Virus record (IMG/VR): IMGVR_UViG_3300035109_000054
Location: 1-26,060 of that record
DNA length: 26,060 bases
Source of the DNA: a virus
Taxonomy: Duplodnaviria; Caudoviricetes
Reading direction: 5' to 3' (one strand)
Position numbers and translations under genes: made by a program. The notes beneath the pieces were generated by a model, which searched no databases, was not told the DNA's origin, and worked only from the letters and a program-made list of their open reading frames with translations. This document shows positions 22,302-26,060 of this stretch, piece by piece; position 1 is the stretch's first letter; each line of letters begins with the position of its first letter.

Positions 22302-22724
22302 ATGAACAGTCCAGGGGCGATTCAGCTCACCTATCAGGGCAAGGCCTTCAGCATCGTCGGCGCGGGAACCTTCGTCGGCGATTGGATTCTCGGCCTCGAC
22401 GGCATGCTTTCCGCCAGCCTGCAGGCGCAGTTCCAATATGGCTCCGGCGGCGCCTCGGTCATCGTCTACTTCCAGACCAGCTTCGACCAGGGCCAAACCC
22501 CGGTCGACATCGCCGCCTTCGCATTCACGACCGCGAGCGCGACCGAGGTCGCCAACCTGTCCGGGCTCACGACGCGCGCGATCCCCGCCGCGCCGACGCA
22601 GCAGGCGCTCAGCCCCGGATCGTGCAACGACGGGCTGCTCGGCGACCGTCTGCGTGTCGTCGTCGTCGTCACGGGAACCTACGGCCAATCGACGCTGCTC
22701 AACGCTACGGCCTGCGTCCGTTGA
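22302..22724 (+). CDS. Putative virion structural protein (beta-rich)
   Basis: ATG at 22302 within the head-tail cluster. YFQTSFDQG and LGDRLRV motifs. Confidence 0.65.
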   Translation: MNSPGAIQLTYQGKAFSIVGAGTFVGDWILGLDGMLSASLQAQFQYGSGGASVIVYFQTSFDQGQTPVDIAAFAFTTASATEVANLSGLTTRAIPAAPTQQALSPGSCNDGLLGDRLRVVVVVTGTYGQSTLLNATACVR

Positions 22725-23107
22725 CCGACTCCAATATGCAATCGGCCTATCGGCGCTCGATCCAGCGCACAGGCGAACTGGTGACGTTCCGCCGCATCTC
22801 CGGCACCGCTCCGCGCACGGTCAGCTTCGAGGCCGAGGTTTCGGCCAATGTCCAAAGCTATTCGCCGGATACGGTCGAGCCGTCCGAGGCCGGCTACCCC
22901 TCCTCGCAGCTCGGCGGCATCACGCAGAGCGACCGCAAGGTGATTGTTATCGCGGAAGACCTCGCGGCCAAGCGCTTCCCGCTGCCGCCGCAAAAGAACG
23001 ACAAGATCGTGCTGGCCAACGGCGAAGTGCTCAACGTGACCGGGGTCGACGAACACAAGCGCCAGCTCGCCGGCGCGATCGAGCTGACGGCGGCGGGGAT
23101 AAAATGA
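22721..23107 (+). CDS. Head-closure / head-tail joining protein
   Basis: TTG overlaps the upstream stop (or ATG at 22736). GELVTFRR, GITQSDRKVI, PQKNDKIV. Gene position fits. Confidence 0.7.
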   Translation: MTDSNMQSAYRRSIQRTGELVTFRRISGTAPRTVSFEAEVSANVQSYSPDTVEPSEAGYPSSQLGGITQSDRKVIVIAEDLAAKRFPLPPQKNDKIVLANGEVLNVTGVDEHKRQLAGAIELTAAGIK

Positions 23108-23592
23108 CCACCATCACCATCGAATCCAACAACGACAACGCGGTCGCGCGGCTGGGCGAGATCACGCCGCGCGTGCGCGCCGCCGTGGCCGATGTCGTCG
23201 GCGTGCTGCAAGCCGAGCTGGTCGACATCGTGCGGGCGCGCGCGCCGGTTCGCACCGGGGCTTACCGCGACAGCATCAAGGGCGGCGTCGCCGACAGCGC
23301 CACGGGCTCCATCGCCCGCGTCGCGGCGGAGCCGGGCGGCGCGGGGTCCACCGGTTCGCGCAAGACGTTTTACGCGCCGTGGATCGAATATGGCGCGACC
23401 ATCCCGGCGCACGACATCGCCCCCGCCGGCAAGATCATGAAGTTCAACGGCGGCGCCGGCGACGTGTTCCGCCGGGCCGTCCATTCGCCCGGCGGCAAGA
23501 TCAAGGCGCAGGAAATCATTCACGGCGCGTTCGAGGAGAAACGCGGCGATATCGTCGCGCGGATCAAGGCCGCCGCGCTGGGGAAGGTCTGA
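23104..23592 (+). CDS. HK97 gp10-like tail completion/neck protein
   Basis: APVRTGAYRDSI and YAPWIEYG motifs, ATGA overlap. Confidence 0.82.
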   Translation: MTTITIESNNDNAVARLGEITPRVRAAVADVVGVLQAELVDIVRARAPVRTGAYRDSIKGGVADSATGSIARVAAEPGGAGSTGSRKTFYAPWIEYGATIPAHDIAPAGKIMKFNGGAGDVFRRAVHSPGGKIKAQEIIHGAFEEKRGDIVARIKAAALGKV

Positions 23593-24026
23593 TGGCGTCG
23601 CGCGAGACGATCATCACCGCGCTGTTTACGAAGCTCGCCGCGTCCGGCGATTTCGTCACGACGGGCCGGCGCAACCGCGACCCCGAGTCGATCCCGTCCA
23701 ACCAGACGCCGGCGCTGATGCTGGTCGAACATTCGGAAAAATACGCAGTCCCGTCGCCGAGCCTGCCGGTCAAGCGCACGATCAATCTGCGCGCGATCCT
23801 CTACACCGATGTCGGCGACGACGACAACGCGATCCCGGCGATGGTCGTCAACAATCTGCTGGATGGCGTCGACGCGGCGCTTGTCCCGGACGATCCGACC
23901 TCGCAGCGCTGCACGCTCGGCGGCCTCGCCTATTCGGTCAAGATCGACGGCGATGTCATCAAGGCGCCCGGCGACGTGACCGGCAAGGGCCTCGCTATCG
24001 TGCCGCTGCAAATCCTGATTCCCTAA
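23592..24026 (+). CDS. Tail terminator-like protein
   Basis: MASRETIITALF, PAL, TLGGLA. Located just before the tail tube gene. Confidence 0.72.
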   Translation: MASRETIITALFTKLAASGDFVTTGRRNRDPESIPSNQTPALMLVEHSEKYAVPSPSLPVKRTINLRAILYTDVGDDDNAIPAMVVNNLLDGVDAALVPDDPTSQRCTLGGLAYSVKIDGDVIKAPGDVTGKGLAIVPLQILIP

Positions 24027-24176
24027 GCAGACGTTGCGTCGGCGGAGATTAGCCTCGCCGCCGCCGCGACCGGGGTGGCGTTCCTAAGCCGCTCGCCGCC
24101 CCGACAAACGCCCCGCCCCTAAACGCCTACCCTGTCGCGCGGAGAAGGTCTCCGGCGCATTAAGGAGCCCTGGATC

Positions 24177-24929
24177 ATGGCAAGCCCCAACTCTCTCGCT
24201 TTCGGCTCCGGCGTTATGGTCGGCACGCCCTCCGGCGGCGCGCCGGTCCAGTTCGGCACGTTGCAGGAATGCTCGGTCGATTTTTCGTTCTCGACCAAAC
24301 CGCTGATGGGGCAGTTTCAGTTCCCCGTCGCGGTGGCGCGCGGCGCCGGCAAGATCACGGGCTCCGCCAAATTCGCCAATATCGACGGAGCCGTTTTCAA
24401 CGAGATTTTCTTCGGCCTGACCGGATCGACCGGGCAAAAGCTGGTGTCTTACAACGAGCCCGGATCGATTCCCGCCGTTTCCACCTACACGATCACCGTC
24501 GCGCAATCGGCGCATTTCGACGAAGACCTTGGCGTGCAATACGCTTCCTCCGGGCTGCGCCTGCTCCAGGTCGCGAGCGGTCCGACGGTCGGGCAGTATT
24601 CGGTCAATCAATCGACCGGCGTTTACACCTTCGCCGCCGCCGACGAAGGCAAGGCGGTGTTGATCAGCTATTCCTACACAACGACGGCGAGCGGCCTGAA
24701 TACCGTCATCACCAATAAGCTGATGGGAATTTCGCCGAATTTCCAGATCGATTTCTATAATTCGAACCCCAACATCGCCGGCGCGCAATGGTCGCTGCGG
24801 CTCTATGCCTGCATGTCGTCGAAGCTGACGCTGGCGAGCAAGCTGGAAGACTTCACCATCCCCGAGATGGGCTTCGAAGCCTTCGCCAACGCCGCGAACA
24901 ACATCGGCGAAATCAACACGGCGTATTGA
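24177..24929 (+). CDS. Major tail tube protein
   Basis: Strong TAAGGAG SD, 250 aa, Gly/Ser/Thr-rich beta protein, upstream of the chaperone and tape measure genes. Confidence 0.8.
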   Translation: MASPNSLAFGSGVMVGTPSGGAPVQFGTLQECSVDFSFSTKPLMGQFQFPVAVARGAGKITGSAKFANIDGAVFNEIFFGLTGSTGQKLVSYNEPGSIPAVSTYTITVAQSAHFDEDLGVQYASSGLRLLQVASGPTVGQYSVNQSTGVYTFAAADEGKAVLISYSYTTTASGLNTVITNKLMGISPNFQIDFYNSNPNIAGAQWSLRLYACMSSKLTLASKLEDFTIPEMGFEAFANAANNIGEINTAY

Positions 24930-24957
24930 GCCGCCCGCAACGCCATAAGGAGCCCCC

Positions 24958-25398
24958 ATGGCGCAAAAGACCTATGCGGCGGACCCGTCGCTCGATTACG
25001 CCGGCTGTCCCGTCGTCATGCTGGCCGGGCGCGAATGGTTCGTGCCGACGCTGGCGATGCGCCAGTCGCGCGTCGTCGTGCCGGCGCTGATGCGGCTGAT
25101 GCCGGTGCTGTCGGAAATGCGGGGCGGCGACGCTTCCGCGATGGCGCGGATGTCGGAGCAGGATTTCGAGAACATCATCGCCATCGTCCACGCCGCGCTG
25201 ACGCGGGCCTATCCGGCGCTGACGCGCGACGAATTTCTCGATCTGCCGGCCTCGACGGCCGATCTGGTCGCGGCGATCGCCGTCGTCATGCGCCAGACCG
25301 GCTTCTTCAAGCCGGCGGAGGACGCTGCGCCGGGGGAACAGGCGGGGGAGACGACGAACCGTTCGACGGCTCCCCAGCCGCTTTCGACCGAATCATAG
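24958..25398 (+). CDS. Tail assembly chaperone (gpG-like)
   Basis: TAAGGAG SD, position between tail tube and tape measure, slippery GGGGGAA near the 3' end. Confidence 0.8.
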   Translation: MAQKTYAADPSLDYAGCPVVMLAGREWFVPTLAMRQSRVVVPALMRLMPVLSEMRGGDASAMARMSEQDFENIIAIVHAALTRAYPALTRDEFLDLPASTADLVAAIAVVMRQTGFFKPAEDAAPGEQAGETTNRSTAPQPLSTES

Positions 25399-25640
25399 CC
25401 CATTACTGCCAGTCGTCGGGCGAGGCGTGGACCGACGGCCTCGAGGCTTCGTTGACCTTCCCCAGGATGCTCGCGCGCATGGCCTATTGGCGCGAGTTTC
25501 CGCCGACGCATCTGCTAGTCCGCAACATCGCGATCTGGGCCGGCGCGTTCAAGCCGGCGAGCCGCGCGGTCGATCCGAAAAAGGCCCAGGCCGAAAACGA
25601 CGCGAAGCTGCGAGCGATGTTCCCCACGGGGAAGATTTAG
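25332..25640 (+). CDS. gpT-like extension reached by -1 programmed frameshift
   Basis: The -1 frame is open to 25640 (FDRIIAHYCQSSGEAW..LTFPRM..YWREFPP). G-GGG-GAA at 25332-25338. Confidence 0.72.
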   Translation, partial: GGTGGGDDEPFDGSPAAFDRIIAHYCQSSGEAWTDGLEASLTFPRMLARMAYWREFPPTHLLVRNIAIWAGAFKPASRAVDPKKAQAENDAKLRAMFPTGKI

Positions 25641-25660
25641 CCGCGCGGAAAGGGTGATCA

Positions 25661-26060
25661 ATGTCCGAGAGCGCTGTAGTCGTTCGATTCGGGGGCGACG
25701 CCGCGGGGCTTGACGCCGCTGTTGCCGTCGCGAAAGCCCAACTCGCGGCGTTTAACACCGAGGTGCGCAAGCTCGCCAAGGAGGCGGTGGCGTCGGGCGG
25801 ATCGGTCAACGACAATCTGTCGAAGGCGCTGCGCGAGGCGTCGGCCGGCGCGGCGGGCATGCAGAAAGAGTTGAAGTCGCTTTCGGCGAAGCCGATTAAC
25901 GAGGTCGAAGGCGCCGCGAAGAATTTCAACAAACAACTCGACAAGATTGGCGAGTTCGCGTGGAACAACACGAGCCTTTCCGGCAACACGATCGAACGAG
26001 TCGTCAACCCGCTCAAGGGTTTGACCAACGCAATCGGCGTCGTGCCAACGATCGCTCTCG
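25661..26060 (+). CDS. Tape measure protein, N-terminus, runs off the right edge
   Basis: Absent from the ORF track because there is no stop. MSESAVVVRFGGDAAGLDAAVAVAKAQLAAFNTEVRKLAKE..., Ala-rich and helical. Confidence 0.82.
   Translation, partial: MSESAVVVRFGGDAAGLDAAVAVAKAQLAAFNTEVRKLAKEAVASGGSVNDNLSKALREASAGAAGMQKELKSLSAKPINEVEGAAKNFNKQLDKIGEFAWNNTSLSGNTIERVVNPLKGLTNAIGVVPTIAL

Overview
The window is the central ~26 kb of a GC-rich temperate, lambda/HK97-like siphovirus genome or prophage. GapR- and suhB-type elements point to an alphaproteobacterial host. From left to right it holds: leftward early genes; an immunity region (PL/OL, a terminator, an IS scar and IS fragment, membrane and lipoprotein genes, a short XRE repressor, OR, cro); a rightward early operon (a suhB/MmgR-like sRNA, 17-bp tandem repeats, a cII-position HTH gene, an MT-A70 methyltransferase, a replication initiator with internal iterons, a NusG-like antiterminator); HNH, a probable cos region and terS; a five-gene insert (DNA methyltransferase, GapR-like, three unknowns); terL, portal, a long protease/scaffold fusion, a tRNA-like structured intergenic RNA, major capsid, a decoration-like protein, a glycosyltransferase, head-tail genes, tail tube, a frameshifting chaperone and the start of the tape measure gene. 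No integrase, att site or lysis genes are visible. The most notable items are the non-coding RNA layer (sRNA, anti-SD hairpin, tRNA-like element before the capsid gene), a glycosyltransferase coupled into the head operon, and a 23-bp collapsed IS scar with an intact 8-bp target duplication. All family assignments come from motif recognition by eye, not from database searches.
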